The position numbers and the translations under genes were made by a program. A stretch of DNA of 64,000 bases, taken from positions 18,786,001 through 18,850,000 of the forward strand of contig OX597816.1 of the NCBI GenBank assembly GCA_951406725.2. Direction: 5' to 3'. This document shows positions 12,175 through 26,807 of the stretch, one piece after another (position 1 is the first letter of the stretch; each line of letters begins with the position of its first letter). The DNA is from Octopus vulgaris (taxonomy: Eukaryota). A model generated the notes under the pieces. The model was not told the DNA's origin and searched no databases. It was given only the letters and a program-made list of their open reading frames with translations.

Positions 12175-13370
12175 ATACTACAATTATGAATAATTGTATA
12201 TTAAATTTTGAGATACTAGAAGGCATCATCTCAACTCAGTGTCAGAGCGAGCTAAAGCATTACCAGCATGCTGCATAGTACTCTTCCCTCCCAGATTTTC
12301 ACGTATCGTTGGAATGTAACACCCACGATAGTCGAGAGATTGCCATTTACTGAAAGGCAATACGGTAGCAATCCGATAAAATGATAGTCAGGACATATAC
12401 ACACTTTATTTGGACCCATATAGTTTATGAGTTAATATTGTAGCGAAAACTACCGTCTTTCCGCTGCCTATAGAAATGATATATGGTCTAATAAGCAAAA
12501 TTTATCAATGTAGGGATGTATATGTTTGTAGGAACCTACGTCGCAATATGTAAGTGTCATCTAGCTGCCTCAATGTCATGTTGATTAGAATTCCAACTCT
12601 GTTACAGCTGGATGTGATCAATATGTTGAAAAGAACACGAACTGATATTTAATTAACTTCCATATTTTTTTCAGACGGTTAAACTTTCTAAACCACGTGA
12701 ATATTTCTTTTCGTTTCACATTAAGATCAATGCCTTAAACGACAATACCTAATAAAGACACACACCATCCCGTGAATACCTGAAGGATTCTAGAGATTTT
12801 TATAGTATTCCTTAGGTGAGAGTCAGCAATGGATACATATATCATTTCTTGTAAAATGCATTAAGGTCTAATAGAATGAATATAGTAAAATATAATGAAA
12901 GGCACAATTGACGTTCAAATAAGTGATGAATTTCTGGAGAATGCTCCACAAGAGAAATATTACATAGATTATTACATGGAAGCTGGGAAAGTAATACCTG
13001 ATACAAAATGTACAGTATGACGGTCAAATAGTTTATATTTATGATATCTGAGTCATATATGCTACACACACACACACACATACTTAGGTATATGCATATA
13101 TTAATAAATATGGATACTATATATATACACAAGCATACACATACACACATATACATATGCATATATATATATATACATTCAAATACACACACACACACAC
13201 ATATATATACATAAACATGCAAACATACAAACACACACACACACGCGCGCATACATATGTGTGTACATATATTTCTAATATAGAATAAACTTTTTTCCAA
13301 AGTGGCCAGCATATTAAAATACCTTTAAAGGTGAAAATTATAAACAATAATTATTTTGTGTACATATATA

Positions 13371-15090
13371 TTTTGATTTTGATTTTGATTTTTCAATTTT
13401 CCAGTTTCAGCTCATGAGCTGTGGCCATGCTGGGGCACCGCCATTTGCTTTGCTACATGATTTTACCTCACGAATGCTTTTTAGCAACTGCCATTTGGTG
13501 CATGAGATAGTTCAATGCAGATGCCCTCATCTGCACCTCCTGCCGTGAAGTTGGTTCATCCGGGACACCTGACAGGAAGAGATCCAGTCCTACTTTTAAG
13601 ACATCCGCATCTACACCATGCAGGTCCCTCAGGTTCTTCGGGAGGATATTGAAGAGCTGTGGGCCTCTGTAGCCCAGGCTATCACAGTATCTTGACCTAC
13701 ATATTGATGGCAAATTTGGAGTCCTTGGTACTACGCAGTGGCACCCGGTTCTGGCATTTGTGTGACTCTCGATGCCAAAGTTTGGGACAAGTCCTTCCAG
13801 GATCTTCCAGATATATATCATGGCATATCTTTCTCGCCTGCGCTCCAGGGAATAGACCTTTAATCTCTTGAGTCTTTCCCAGTAGCTTATATGCTGCACA
13901 GAGGCTATCTTCTTCGTGTAGCTTCGTTGGATCGCCTAAAGTTCTGTGATCAACTTGACACTGGATGGTGACCATAGCTGAGAGCAATAGTCAAAGTGGC
14001 TTAGGACAAGTGTCTTCCAGAGGACCATCATGGTTTCTTGTTCTCTTGTTCTAAAGGTTCTAAGAATCCATCCGGCCAGCCGTCTACATTTCATTGCCAG
14101 TTTGGCAACATATACATGAAAGGTCGCGTCATCACTCATGTGAATACCCAAGTCACGCACTGATTGTGCCTCTGGGATTGCAATCCCTCCGGGTCCAGTG
14201 TATTCATTGGATATTGCATTCAGTTTTGCATGCTGATAGCATAAAGCATGAAACTTTTCAGCATTGAACTGCATGCTATTCTTTTCAGCCCACTTGTATA
14301 TTTCGTCCAGCTCACATTGCAGGTGCTTAGTGTCTTCAGGGTTCTGTATTGCCTGTGAAACTTTTGTATCATCTGCATAACTTGTGATCGTGGCTCTCTG
14401 CGTGGCTGAGGGCATGTCTGAGAGGTCCATTATGAACACTAGTGGTCCCAAAACAGTGCCCTGCGGAACACCGCTCACTAAATATCCGAAAAATAGCTCC
14501 TAGAAAGACGGGATAATGGAAAAGGAAATATTCAGCACGAATGGTTCTCCAATGTGTACATATATACTTCTATTCTTCAGAAAGTCATGAAGCCATTCTC
14601 CCAATTTTCCAACTATGCCAAGATCACGCAGTTTGTGACATATCATTCCATGATCGACTTTATCAAAGGCCTTTGCAAAGTCGAGATATATGACGTCCAC
14701 ATTTGAGTGGTTGAGCAGTCGTTTCAGCACCCAGTCATAGTGTTGTAGGAGCTGAGTTAAGCAGCTTCTTTCTGGAAACTATGTTGGGTGTCAGGCAGCA
14801 AGTCATTTTCTTCAAGGAAGGTGATTAGTTTCCTTCTGACTATTCGTTCCATGACCTTGCTGATGTGTGAGGTCAGAGATATAGGTCTGTAGTTCTTGGC
14901 CTCCGCTCTGCTACCTCCTTTATGAATAGGGCATATTTTACCTTCCTTCAGTTTTCTTGGAAGTTTGCCAGTTGCAAGGAAGCTCTGAAAGAGAGACTGC
15001 AGTGGTCTTGCTAGGACTCTCTTACATACTTTTAGAATGATTGCCGGGAATCCATCGGGGCCAGTAGCTGAGTTTGTTTTCATCTCATCT
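13371..15090 (-). mobile_element. 5'-truncated, disrupted copy of LINE A (RT region plus 3' UTR)
   Basis: ORF fragments NYRPISLTSHISKVMERIV, YLDFAKAFDKVDH, SGVPQGTVLGP, YADDTK and YSLERRRERY are colinear with 52.6-54.3 kb. (AAAATC)n tail; TA-rich at both junctions. Confidence 0.93.
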
Positions 15091-16539
15091 ATATATATAT
15101 ATATCTTTGTCACTTGCGCTAAAGAAGTGATTAGATTAAATGAATTGAGTTTTAGGGTAGATAGGATTGGATAATCAATGGCGGTCATTTTTCTGAAACA
15201 AGTAGACAAATATAAAACAGAAAACACCGGTTATTTTTCTTGTGCTAATTTCATTATTATAGGGGAACGCCGCGCACTAAGCTTTCTGGTATTATGAAAT
15301 TTGTTCCCGGACTACGTTGGATATAAGAGCTGAGTATTGAACTCATCTCCAGTTACTCATACGTTCAGCACCACATCGGGTTTTGCGGTCTGCCTTTTAA
15401 GTGCATATGACACATATGATACATGAAACTGTAAACAAGCACATACAGAGGAATGCAACACGCTGCATCTCGGAAAGACATTTACTAGGAGCGTATTAGA
15501 AATATTTCACGATATTCATTCTTACAGTTTTAAAAGAAACTAAGAAAAAGACAAGTCATGTACGAAATGCGTTACGGCGTGCAGACGTTAAATACTTTTG
15601 CGATGCTGTGTTCCTTAATATTAAAGCAAACGAAAAGAATATGAACAAACGATGAAAATATAGACGGTTCTGTTTTTTTTTTTTCTAAATGCATATATAT
15701 ATGTACACATTGGAGAACCATTCGTGCTGAATATTTCCTTTTCCATTATCCCGTCTTTCCAGGAGCTATTTTTCGGATATTTAGTTTTAATTTTCCTCAT
15801 TCTCCGGCTTTGTTCTTGTGCACAGCCGATTTTATTGTTGTATGCTTTCTACTTTGTTCGGAAAATATTAGATATGTTTCGTTTTCCCAAACCTATTGAA
15901 AAAAAAATATGCGATATATATTTTGCTATACATTATGCCGAGGCTCAATTTCATTTCTTCCTAACAACGCTTTCTCTTCCTGCATGAATATAACTCATAC
16001 AACCAGCAACATCAATTCTGCTTACAACGTGGAAAGTGAAACAAAATACCTATAGAGAAGAAGACTTCATATTATCTGCTGTCAGTTGTTACTCACTCAG
16101 AAATAATGTCTTAGTGGAGAGATATTCTACATACACCCACCAGGCTCGAAATGGCTAAATATTGAAGAAATGAAAACTATACCGCTAAAATTATGTGGCT
16201 ACCTACAGACAAGAGACACTTGAATATAATATTAATGTCGGACGCTAGCCCATTCATATAATATCTAAAATAATATTTCGCTACATATCTCGCCACTACG
16301 ACACAACCAAAGAAAGTCTAAATAGCATCTATATTTTTGTATGAGAATATTAAAAACATATTGTACAACAGTAGTGAATTGGTAGAATCAAAAGCACAAC
16401 ATAGAAGGTTCAGCATATTTCTTCCGACTTTACGTTCTGAGATACGACTGCAGGCTATTTTACTGTTCAACTTAATCGAAAGACTTACACTTGGATCTAT
16501 GTAATCAACTTGACTCTTCCCTTAAAACTGATCGCTTTC

Positions 16540-16741
16540 TACTCTTTTACTCTTTCAGTCATTTGACTGTGGCCATTCTGGAGCTCCGCATTTAGTCGAG
16601 CAAACCGACACCAGCACTTATTCTTTGTAAATCTAGTACTTATTCTATTGGTCGCTTTTTGCCAAACCGCTATATTGCGAGGACGTAAACACACCGGATC
16701 GGTTGTCAAGCGATGTTGGGGGGACAAAAACAGACACACAA

Positions 16742-16824
<83 letters not shown>

Positions 16825-16995
16825 TACACATATATATACGGGTTTCCTTCAGTTTCTGTCTACCAAATCCACTCACAAGGCTTTGGTCGGCCCGAGGCTA
16901 TAGCAGAAGACACCTGCCCAAGGTGCCACGCAGTGGGAGTGAACCCGGAACCATGTGGTTCGTAAGCAAGCTACTTACCACACAGCAACTCCTAC
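16540..16995 (-). mobile_element. SINE family 3; a decayed plus-strand copy lies at ~17150-17460
   Basis: Same head, tail and internal (CA)n(TA)n as 8378-8764. Confidence 0.85.
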
Positions 16996-17781
16996 TGTTT
17001 AACTTGATCGAAAGATTTACACTTGGATCTATGTAACCAACTTCATTTTGTTTTAAAATTGATCGCTTTCTGTGAAAAATTAGAAAGACTTGGAGAAACA
17101 TAACGAAGGTGAGAATTTTTCGGACTACACCACAATTACAAAAAAAAAAAGTGGTTGTATGATAATTTGTTTCCCAACCATATGGTTGCAGGTTCAGTCC
17201 CACTGCGTGACACTTTCAGCAAGTGTCTTCTACTAGAGCTTTGAGTTCATTTGACAGATGAAAATTGCCAGAAAACAGTCCTGTGTGTGGGTCTGCTTGT
17301 ATTTGTTCCGCATTACTGCTTGACAACCGGTGTCGGTTCGTCTACGCACCTGTAACTTAATGATTCGGCAAAAAGGATATGAAAGAGATGATAGCCTGAG
17401 TACTAGACTTAATATAAGTATTCGAAACAAGAAGTCCGGCTTAAACCATTAAAGGCGGTCTTGTAGCAACAATAACTGAATCAGGTTAAAATAATTTTTG
17501 AATGTTTAATCAGAGAAAAATGCCAAACGTCAATTGCGAAATTACTCCAAACACATCTCTCTCCCCCTCTCTCTGTCTCACGCCCTCTCTGTCTGTCTGA
17601 TTGTCTGTCTGTCTCTCTCTCTCTCTCGCTCACTCACAGACAGTCACACACGAAATGGCGAGTGATAATCTCTTCAGTCATGTTAGTTTCGAAATACAAA
17701 GGGTAATGTTTACGCCAGTCAGATGTTTCAATAATGTGAATATACGTTATTTATTAAAAATATTTTGTCGATTATATATAC

Positions 17782-17831
<50 letters not shown>

Positions 17832-17887
17832 GTATGTGTGTATCCATGTAGGTACGTATGTGTATGCATGGATGTTTACTACATATA

Positions 17888-17933
<46 letters not shown>

Positions 17934-18155
17934 GATACGTGTAGACATATATGTACGTGTATGTGTGAGTGGGCGCACATGCTTACTCATATGCGAATAA
18001 ACGCATGTGAATACTCATGAAAACTTAAGTACTGAAATATATCTTTAAACTTCGCACTAACCGCTTTTTCTCTGGGTTTATTCGAAGAATGTCAGTCTGG
18101 TTGTGACTTTTATAATCTTCACATGTTTCTGGTTCTTTCCTTACAATTTCTATTC

Positions 18156-18214
<59 letters not shown>

Positions 18215-18484
18215 ATTTACGTTTTCTTCATTTTTACTCTTCAACTTACGCCTTTGATCGTTATGCAGTTTGAGCTAATATAGTTATAATGAAAACGAAA
18301 CTTTCTCATCGAACGTGATCATTGTAGTATGAATACACTTAGTGATCACAATAAAACCTCTCTGTTTTTTTTCAGGTTTGCATTTTCAAAAGATAGAAAA
18401 AGGAAACTTATTTCTCCAATATATTGCAGTCGGACGAAAAAACCAAAATATATAAATATATAAATAAAATAAATAAGTAAAAAT

Positions 18485-18514
18485 AAATGAATAATAATAA
18501 TAATAATAATGATG

Positions 18515-18579
<65 letters not shown>

Positions 18580-18697
18580 AATAATAATGATAATGATAAT
18601 AATAATAATAACGATAATGATAATAATAATAATGATGATGATGATGATGATAATAATGATAATAATAACAGTAATAATAATGATAACAATAATAACA

Positions 18698-18728
<31 letters not shown>

Positions 18729-18796
18729 CGACGATGATAATGATGATGATGATGATGATGATGATGATAATAATAATATTAATAGTAAAAATAATG

Positions 18797-18856
<60 letters not shown>
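18485..18856. repeat. (AAT)n/(GAT)n compound microsatellite
   Basis: Read directly from the sequence. Confidence 0.97.
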
Positions 18857-19290
18857 TATAAATAAATAAAAGAAACGGAAAATTATGCGGGTAAAATCAG
18901 AAATTCATATCTTTTAAGGCGAAGAAAAATATATCATAAAGTTAATTATATCTACCATTGATGTAAAAGAACACGCAATGAGCGCGCGCTGCACACAGAC
19001 ACACGTATAAATGATACGTGGCTGTATGTGTGTATAAGCGTACATGTTCGTTTCTTTGTGCTTCTTCTTTTGTAATACGTTCATGTGTAAGAACACTCGT
19101 TTATATGTGTATGTGTGTGTAAATATTACGAAGTATTTGAGTCGCATAGAAACAATAACTAGAAAGAATACTCAGCACAAATATTATTGTTGCGCTGATA
19201 AATTACTGACTTTATAACCTACATTCCCTTGCTCCGCCATTTCCACTCCCACTCTCTCTATCTCTGTCTTCTCTCTCTTTGTCTCTCTCA

Positions 19291-19323
<33 letters not shown>

Positions 19324-19445
19324 CCTCTCTCTCTCTCTCTCTGCATATATTAATACATGCATTGATTCATATTGTTTGTGTGTACTTGTGTGTGCGTGTA
19401 TGTGTTTATGTATATGCGTACGTATGTATGTTTATTATATGTATT

Positions 19446-19489
<44 letters not shown>

Positions 19490-21039
19490 GTGTATGTATA
19501 TATGTATATATATATATGTATGTATGCATGTATATATATATATATATATAAATGTATGTATATATATATATATATATATAAGTGTATATATGTATATATA
19601 TATATATACATATATACATACATATACATGCACAAACATATATATATATATATATATTTTTATTTATTTATATATTTATGTGTGAGTGTATGTGTGTGAG
19701 TGTGTGTGTCTGTGTGTATGTCTATAAGCGCATGTGTGTGTTAACGGTTATGATTATAACGTTTTAAAATATATGTATTTTTCTTTCACTTTTTATATTT
19801 ATCCTTTTTAAATTATTATCTGATCAAAGCGGAACAATATTCTATATAAAGCCAAAACATAAACACATCGCACATTGCCATCATCTTCCAAATTATAGTG
19901 CAATAAACATTTTATTACAAAATGCATATTAGAACTCTCGCTTAACATCAGAATTTTATAGTACAGGATTGCATTTGTTATAACCTTTTAACTTGGAGAT
20001 CACCAAACCTTACAGCAAATATTCAACAATAGTTCCACATTTTAATTTCACGTTATATTCTCTTCGCAACACTTTTATGCGTTCTATCAGCGATATTTTT
20101 GACGATACATTGGAATAAATTAGAAATATATCATGCAATATTCCCACCGCCTCACGGAATATTTATTTGCTACAGAGTGACTGAGTTTCATTCTTAAGAG
20201 CTGTAGCAATAACAACAGCTCGAAATCGAATAAGAATAGTTATAATATTTTCTATTATAGGCAGAAAGCCTAAAATTTTAGAGGAGTGGTCTTACTAGCA
20301 GAGACAACAAAAGCAGAGGTAATAATAAAAAAATAGTAGTAATATTAGTAATATTGGCAACTATGATAATATTAAAACCATTAATGATATTCTCTAATAA
20401 CTGCACTAAATACACTTTAACTGCCCTGTTGTTTCTCAAATTTTATCTCCATTTTTTTCTTCGTGTACAGTTAGAATAATTGGAAAAGAGAACTGTTGAA
20501 CTTCAAAAATATATTCGTTATTTTTAATTGAAATGGTAAACACGTTTGGTATTCGGGTCTCGTATATCACTTCTGAACACATAGAAAACACTTTCCACAA
20601 GGGCTTTTGATTTTGTTCTTATTGTTCGGTTTTAGCTTTTCTTATCAGATTTAAAATTGGTTAAATACAAAGAGAGAAGAGAAATATATCAGATATATGC
20701 GTATATAGTGCAGATTTATAAATGACATAACGAGTGATGTAATATTTTCATATGAAATATTATTGCTTTAAACGCGATATTTGCAACCATATAATGTGAT
20801 CGGTGTTATGTATTTCGAGTTTAAATCTGAACTATTCGTTGAAGAATGATATTCCAACAAGAAATGTTTTGTTTAGATAAAAATAATATTAAGTGCATTT
20901 ACATTGCATCTTATCGTGTGATTTAACGATTCCGGTGCTGTTACGGTTGCCCAGCTGTTCACAGGCCATTTCTTTGTCTTCTAATGCCTATAGCTTTTAG
21001 TATGTGCCTGAAGGAAGAAAATATTACTCTTCTTGTATT

Positions 21040-21429
21040 ACTCTTTTACTTGTTTCAGTCATTTGACTGCGACCATGCTGGAGCACCGCCTTTTAGTTGA
21101 ACAAATCAACACCAGGACTTATTCTTTGTAAGCCTAGGACTCATTCTATCGGGTCCTTTTGTCGAACAACTAAGTTACGGTGTCATAAAGACACCAACAT
21201 CGGTAGTCAAGCGATGTTGAGGGGGAACAAACACAGATACACAAACACACACACACAGATACATATATACGTCGGGCGTCTTTCAGTTTCCCTCTACCAA
21301 ACTCGCTCATAAGGATTTGGTCGTCCCGAGGCTGTAGTACAAGGCACTTGCCCAATGTGCCACGCAGTGGGACTAAACCAGGAACCATGTGGTTCGTAAG
21401 CAAGCTACTTACCACATAGCCACTCCTGC
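21040..21429 (-). mobile_element. SINE family 3
   Basis: ttttacttgtttcagtcatttgactgcgaccatgctggagcaccgcc ... catagccactcctgc. Confidence 0.85.
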
Positions 21430-22219
21430 ATACAATTATTTAAAAAATATCCGTGTACACTTGAGCAAAAGAAAACATATTCTAAATACATTGTCTCGAG
21501 AAATAAATCACATTATAGACATTTGCTGTGCAATAGAGGCTAGTGGGCTACGATTGCTATCGAACCGAGGATTGAAGCGATTCTGCATGTCGTCAACAGT
21601 GGATACTAACACAAAGAGATCGTTGCATTAGCAGAACAGTAAATGCTACATTTGCTGATGTGTGCAAAAGTTTTTTTAAGCTATGGTTTAGCCGAAGCGC
21701 ACTTAGTAACATTGAATGAAATGTAGTTGTTTACGATTATATGTAACATGTCAAAACATGTTTTATGTTATATTTCAGCAGCACGAACACTAAATAATTT
21801 TGAAATCATTTCAATGTGATGATGGTCGTTTTTCTCTTAATTTTGGCAGGAGAAGAAGAAATGATTTCGTTGCTTTTTTAACGATATACGTTTCCACTCA
21901 TTTGTGCCCCTCCCATTTTTTCCATATTTGTTGTTTTCATACACATTAATGTCTCTGTCCAGCCCGCAGCTACCTTTATCTGTGTTCGATCTTCATGGTC
22001 AATTCGATGAAATAAAGTTCACACTCAATATTTTGTACGAATAATAAGTGATTCTATACCTGGTAATTAAAATACAACGGTAGCCACACGATAATCACCA
22101 GCATCAATTTTTCCCTATAACCAGAAAATCTAGTTCACAAAGTAGAAAGAACAGGATATGTACTTTCTTTTTACAAAACTATCTATATTCGCATTACGTG
22201 ATGATTCAACTTATATATA

Positions 22220-22448
22220 TTTCTTTACTACCCACAAGGGGCTAAACACAGAGGGGACAAACAAGGACAGACAAACGGATTAAGTCGATTACATCGATCC
22301 CAGTGCGTAACTGGTACTTAATTTATCGACCCCGAAAGGATGAAAGGCAAAGTCGACCTCGTTGGAATTTGAACTCAGAACGTAACGGCAGACGAAATGC
22401 GGCTACGCATTTCGCCCGGCGTGCTAACGTTTCTGCCAGCTCGCCGCC
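22220..22448 (-). mobile_element. SINE family 1
   Basis: Reverse complement of 1600-1830. Confidence 0.85.
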
Positions 22449-23183
22449 TTTTTTATATAGATGTGTTATTTATACAACAGGATGTCCGCTGTTAAACATG
22501 GAACATGCTAAACACGTGAAAATATTAAAATTATAAATCTCATATTGATGCAATTGTTCCACTGCATATTTATATCTTTGTATGATGGCACCTTATAATG
22601 GACCGTATAATTTTATTTTATACATATTCTCTACTATTTTGTCATGAGAGCAAAATTCGTATTTCGTTCTTACTAAATAATTTGTAGATATATTAGATTT
22701 AGCCCGCCTTTGAAACTATAACACATAAACGATGGCATTTGTGAAATATGTCTTCTTAACCGGGCATCTCTTAAGAAGGGAAAATGAAAATTGTATTTTA
22801 TTACCTTCAAATGTTAAGGTCAGATTGATACTTGCAAACATATTACAGCAGCCAAGTTTCCGATGAGCTTGTGGGTTTTCATATTTCTCTTCTATGAATT
22901 AAGAAAGAGAAGCTGGAATATCTCACATATAATATCCATATTTTGTACACTATTTATAAACATATAGAAAATCCACACCTTTAAATCTATGCTTACAATC
23001 CTGAATCATGATTATAGTAATAATAATAATAATAATAATAATGATATTAATAATAATATTGCATACATAAATACATAGTTATATGTATATAGAAGCATAT
23101 ATGTATATATAAGCATATATATATATATATAAGCATATCTATATATATATGTATATATATATATATATAAGCATATCTATATA

Positions 23184-23215
<32 letters not shown>

Positions 23216-23255
23216 AGCATATCTATATATATATGTATATAAGCATATCTATATA

Positions 23256-23321
<66 letters not shown>

Positions 23322-23339
23322 GGGGGTGTAACAAGGATT

Positions 23340-23919
23340 GTGTGAAGCACCAATTTTGCTAAAAGTAGGAGTCAAAAATACTTCGAAGCCACAAAAAATA
23401 AAACTAGATTTTCACGGGCATTTTTGGAAAGAACGAAGTGAATACGTTTTGTGCCTTATCTCTGCAAAATTGCTAGAAGTAATACCACTTAACCTGGCAT
23501 CATGATTTCTAATTTAGCACTTGATTCTCTTCATCGAAGTCTACTCATAGCAAACTTATATATCACTTCGAACAATGCCTCTGTTGGGTTCAGCGTCTCC
23601 AACATGAATTCAGAGACGGAATTAAGTGAATAAATAAATAGATAAATAAATAAATATATATATATATCGAAACGTAGAGTAGATGAAACCTTTAGCGACT
23701 GAAGAAGGGGTTTGTTCTTTGTGTTAATTGTCCTGTACTACTTTTTTTTTGCTGTTTTAAAAAAAATGTCCAGTTCCTTTGATCTGTGTCTATGTTTTCG
23801 TTTTTCATTGTGTTCGACGTCCTTTTGGTGTCCTGTACTCATATATGCGTGTATATGTACATGTAGAGGTAGGTACGTACATATATGTTTATATATATGC
23901 ATATGTTTTATTTTATTTA

Positions 23920-23984
<65 letters not shown>

Positions 23985-24700
23985 ACGGGAAGCTTTATGA
24001 AAGTAGACAAAAGACGAAGACAGGTTTACGGAAATAAACAAAAGACGAAGGCAGGTGGAATACAAACAAACAATTGTATTAGTATGGCGCTCAGGAAATA
24101 TAAATAAAACAAGTCTGGAAATAAATGGGTCAAGATAGAAAATGCTAAAATAATTTTATGAAAAATCATCTCAGTACCGGTTTCAGTCATTGAGACTTTT
24201 TCAACGGTAACAAATGATTAAATTTAGAGAAATTAAAAGAAAAGATTTTTAAAAGAATATTTGTATAGTGTTCAAATACAAGTAGCATTTTCCTTGTTTT
24301 TGCCTGTCTCTGTCTCTTGTTTACTCTCATGAAAGATAATAATGTTAGCGGCCGATACATTATTATCTCTCATGAATATCAATTTTCTTTATATATTCTA
24401 TTTGTTTTGACTTAGGTCCTTTTCGCAATGCGGCTTGGGCCCTGAAACGGACAGAGGCATTGTTTGAATGTATATATAAGTTTGTTATGAGTAGACATCG
24501 ATGAATACAATCATGTGCTTTTGGTGTTAAATTCGAAGTCATGATACCATGTTAAATGGTATTCTTTCTTGCAATTTTGGAGAAGTAAGTCACAATCCTT
24601 ATTCACGTCGTTCTTTCCAAAAATGCCTGTGAAAATCTAGTCTTAATTTTTGTGGCTTCGGAGTATTTTTGACTCCTAGTTTTAGGAAAACTTGTTTCAT
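23340..24700. repeat. Diverged inverted repeat (arms ~23340-23600 and ~24435-24700) enclosing other repeats
   Basis: taggagtcaaaaatacttcgaagccacaaaaa...ggcatttttggaaagaacga mirrors tcgttctttccaaaaatgcc...tttttgtggcttcggagtatttttgactccta. Confidence 0.8.
24171..24210 (-). ncRNA. Hammerhead-like motif, U3-A8 core variant, with damaged stem I
   Basis: Minus strand reads ttaccg-TTGAAAA-agtc/tcaat/gact-GAAA-ccgg-TA-ctga. Confidence 0.45.
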
Positions 24701-24723
24701 AGCGCCCTACCTATATAAAATTG

Positions 24724-24757
<34 letters not shown>

Positions 24758-25199
24758 TATTTTTTACTATTTATTTACTATTTTGTACTTAACTTAATTA
24801 TTGGTATATGTTTTATCGTAATATTTCTATAAGGTATAATTTGATTATGTCATTGTTATTTTATTGTCGAATTGCTACATGGAGGTTCATTTCTAATGTA
24901 TATACATACACACACGCGCGCGCGCACACACACACACACACATATATCTATGTATGTATACATATATATTTATATATATTTATGTATATATATGTGTGTT
25001 TGTGTGTGTGTGTGTGTGTATGTGTGCTTCGTGTATGTATGAGCGCGCGTAAGAGCGTTTATGTGTGTTTGTATGTGTGTGTAATTTAAAGCCAAGTTTC
25101 TTTTACACTCTTTCATTATTCATGTTATGCATATTAATATTTGAAATTAGAGCTAGCTAATTTAATTTGCAGATATGCTATCCAGAGGTTTGGTGACAG

Positions 25200-25930
25200 T
25201 ATGTCTTCTCAAGCATCAGGAACACTTCTAAAGATTCTTGCAGAACACAACTTGATATTTTTCTGCATGCTGAGAATGGTTTGTCAACCAGAATGTATCA
25301 GATTTATCTTTGTGTTCATAAACAAATTTTAAACGGGCCTCTCTATGCCTCTTAGTCAACAGCCTAGTGTTTCTAGGAGAGCGAGATTTTAGTTCATTCC
25401 TATGAAGTTCATTGTTGATTGTTCATAGTGTAACACTAGGCCCTAAAGCTAACAAATCGTCTTGCAACTCCTTTCTGGTGATCATTGTGTTTTTTTTCCA
25501 TTCTTCGTTTCATTTTTCTTAAAGATCTAGGGGAAATCTTGCGTGGTGCACTGGATCTTATTCTGTTTTCAACAGTTCCCAATGAAGATATGGTAGAAAA
25601 TGGAATACAAAACGTATGTGATATTTTCCTGCAAATCTTACCTGCTTTCCACTGTTCAATAATTAAGTTTTTCACTAAATTTAGAGTTTTTTACTTTTCG
25701 CCATTATTACAATACTTCTTTATGTGTCTTCTCAAGCATCAGGAACACTTCTAAAGATTCTTGCAGAACACAACATGATATTTTTCTGCATGCTGAGAAT
25801 TGTCTGTCAACATAAGAATCAATATTCTTCAGTCCCTTAGATAGCACTTTGAATTCTGTGACATATCCAGCAATTTCCACAAGAGAAAAATGTCTTCATT
25901 GTCACGTACATATTCCATAATTTTATATTG
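25200..25930 (-). mobile_element. Tc1-like transposon remnant (N-terminal HTH region)
   Basis: KNLIIEQWKAGKICRKISHTFCIPFSTISS...RSSAPRKISPR resembles the Tc1 HTH plus GRPRK motif. A ~90-bp direct repeat lies at ~25200-25288 and ~25724-25811. Confidence 0.65.
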
Positions 25931-26074
25931 TTTTTTCCTTAGATTTCTCAATTTCTTTTGTATTCATCTACCATTGCAAGATAAATGTAAAGACCCCTTT
26001 AGATCATGAATGACCACGTGATGGCACCTAAAAACTTCCGCTCCAAGCTCGGGCCAAGTTTTTCATGGAAGACT

Positions 26075-26743
26075 ACCAGAGACTTGGGAGTAATTGTGGT
26101 CAACAACATAGGCTGGGCCACTAAAATAAGCAGCGAAATTGACATGTGGCGCAGAATGTGTGCTGGATTCTCAGAATGTTCCAGTCGAGAGATATTTACA
26201 CCATAATCCTCTCTTCTCTACTTTTGCCCGACCCCACCTTGTATAATGTTGTACACTGTGGTCTCCCCACCCGAAACAAAGTATTATGAATGTTGAAGTA
26301 CCTCAAAAATCAATTAAAAAATGGTATGACAGGCCTTGACAACTGGAACCAACTAGAAAAGCCCAAGCTTTGCCCCAGTGGGCAATAAAGAAATAAAGAA
26401 AGCTCATGCTTTATTCTTCCTAACGTCAGCGTGAGGACTATATCATTTGCATGATGTGCAGAACATTTCATCGTTATTGCCCAAATGGTTTTGGCATCAT
26501 CTTTAAGATACAACCAAGGCTTGGGACCCGTATTGTCCGCCTACAACATAATTCACACCTGCATCTCATAACAGCAATACAGCTAAATGTTTTCACCTCA
26601 ATTGTCCCTGCTCTCTTTAACATTACACCAAAATACATTAAAGCAGCAACAGACCTCATAAAGTTCAACATGACTTTGAATAAAGAAAATCCGGATAAAC
26701 ATCCTACACCTGGGTATGTCGTTATAGACAATAACTATGTATT

Positions 26744-26745
<2 letters not shown>
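26075..26745 (+). mobile_element. Decayed copy of LINE B (3' part of ORF2)
   Basis: cagagacttgggagtaattgtgg...ctctctttaacattacaccaaaa is colinear with 51085-51700, with frameshifts. Confidence 0.85.

Positions 26746-26807
<62 letters not shown>

Noticed and set aside
12675-13020. Faint channel-protein-like peptide impression (RLNFLNHVNISFRFTL...GTIDVQISDEF)
   Set aside because: Interrupted by stops, and the similarity is too weak to support without a search.
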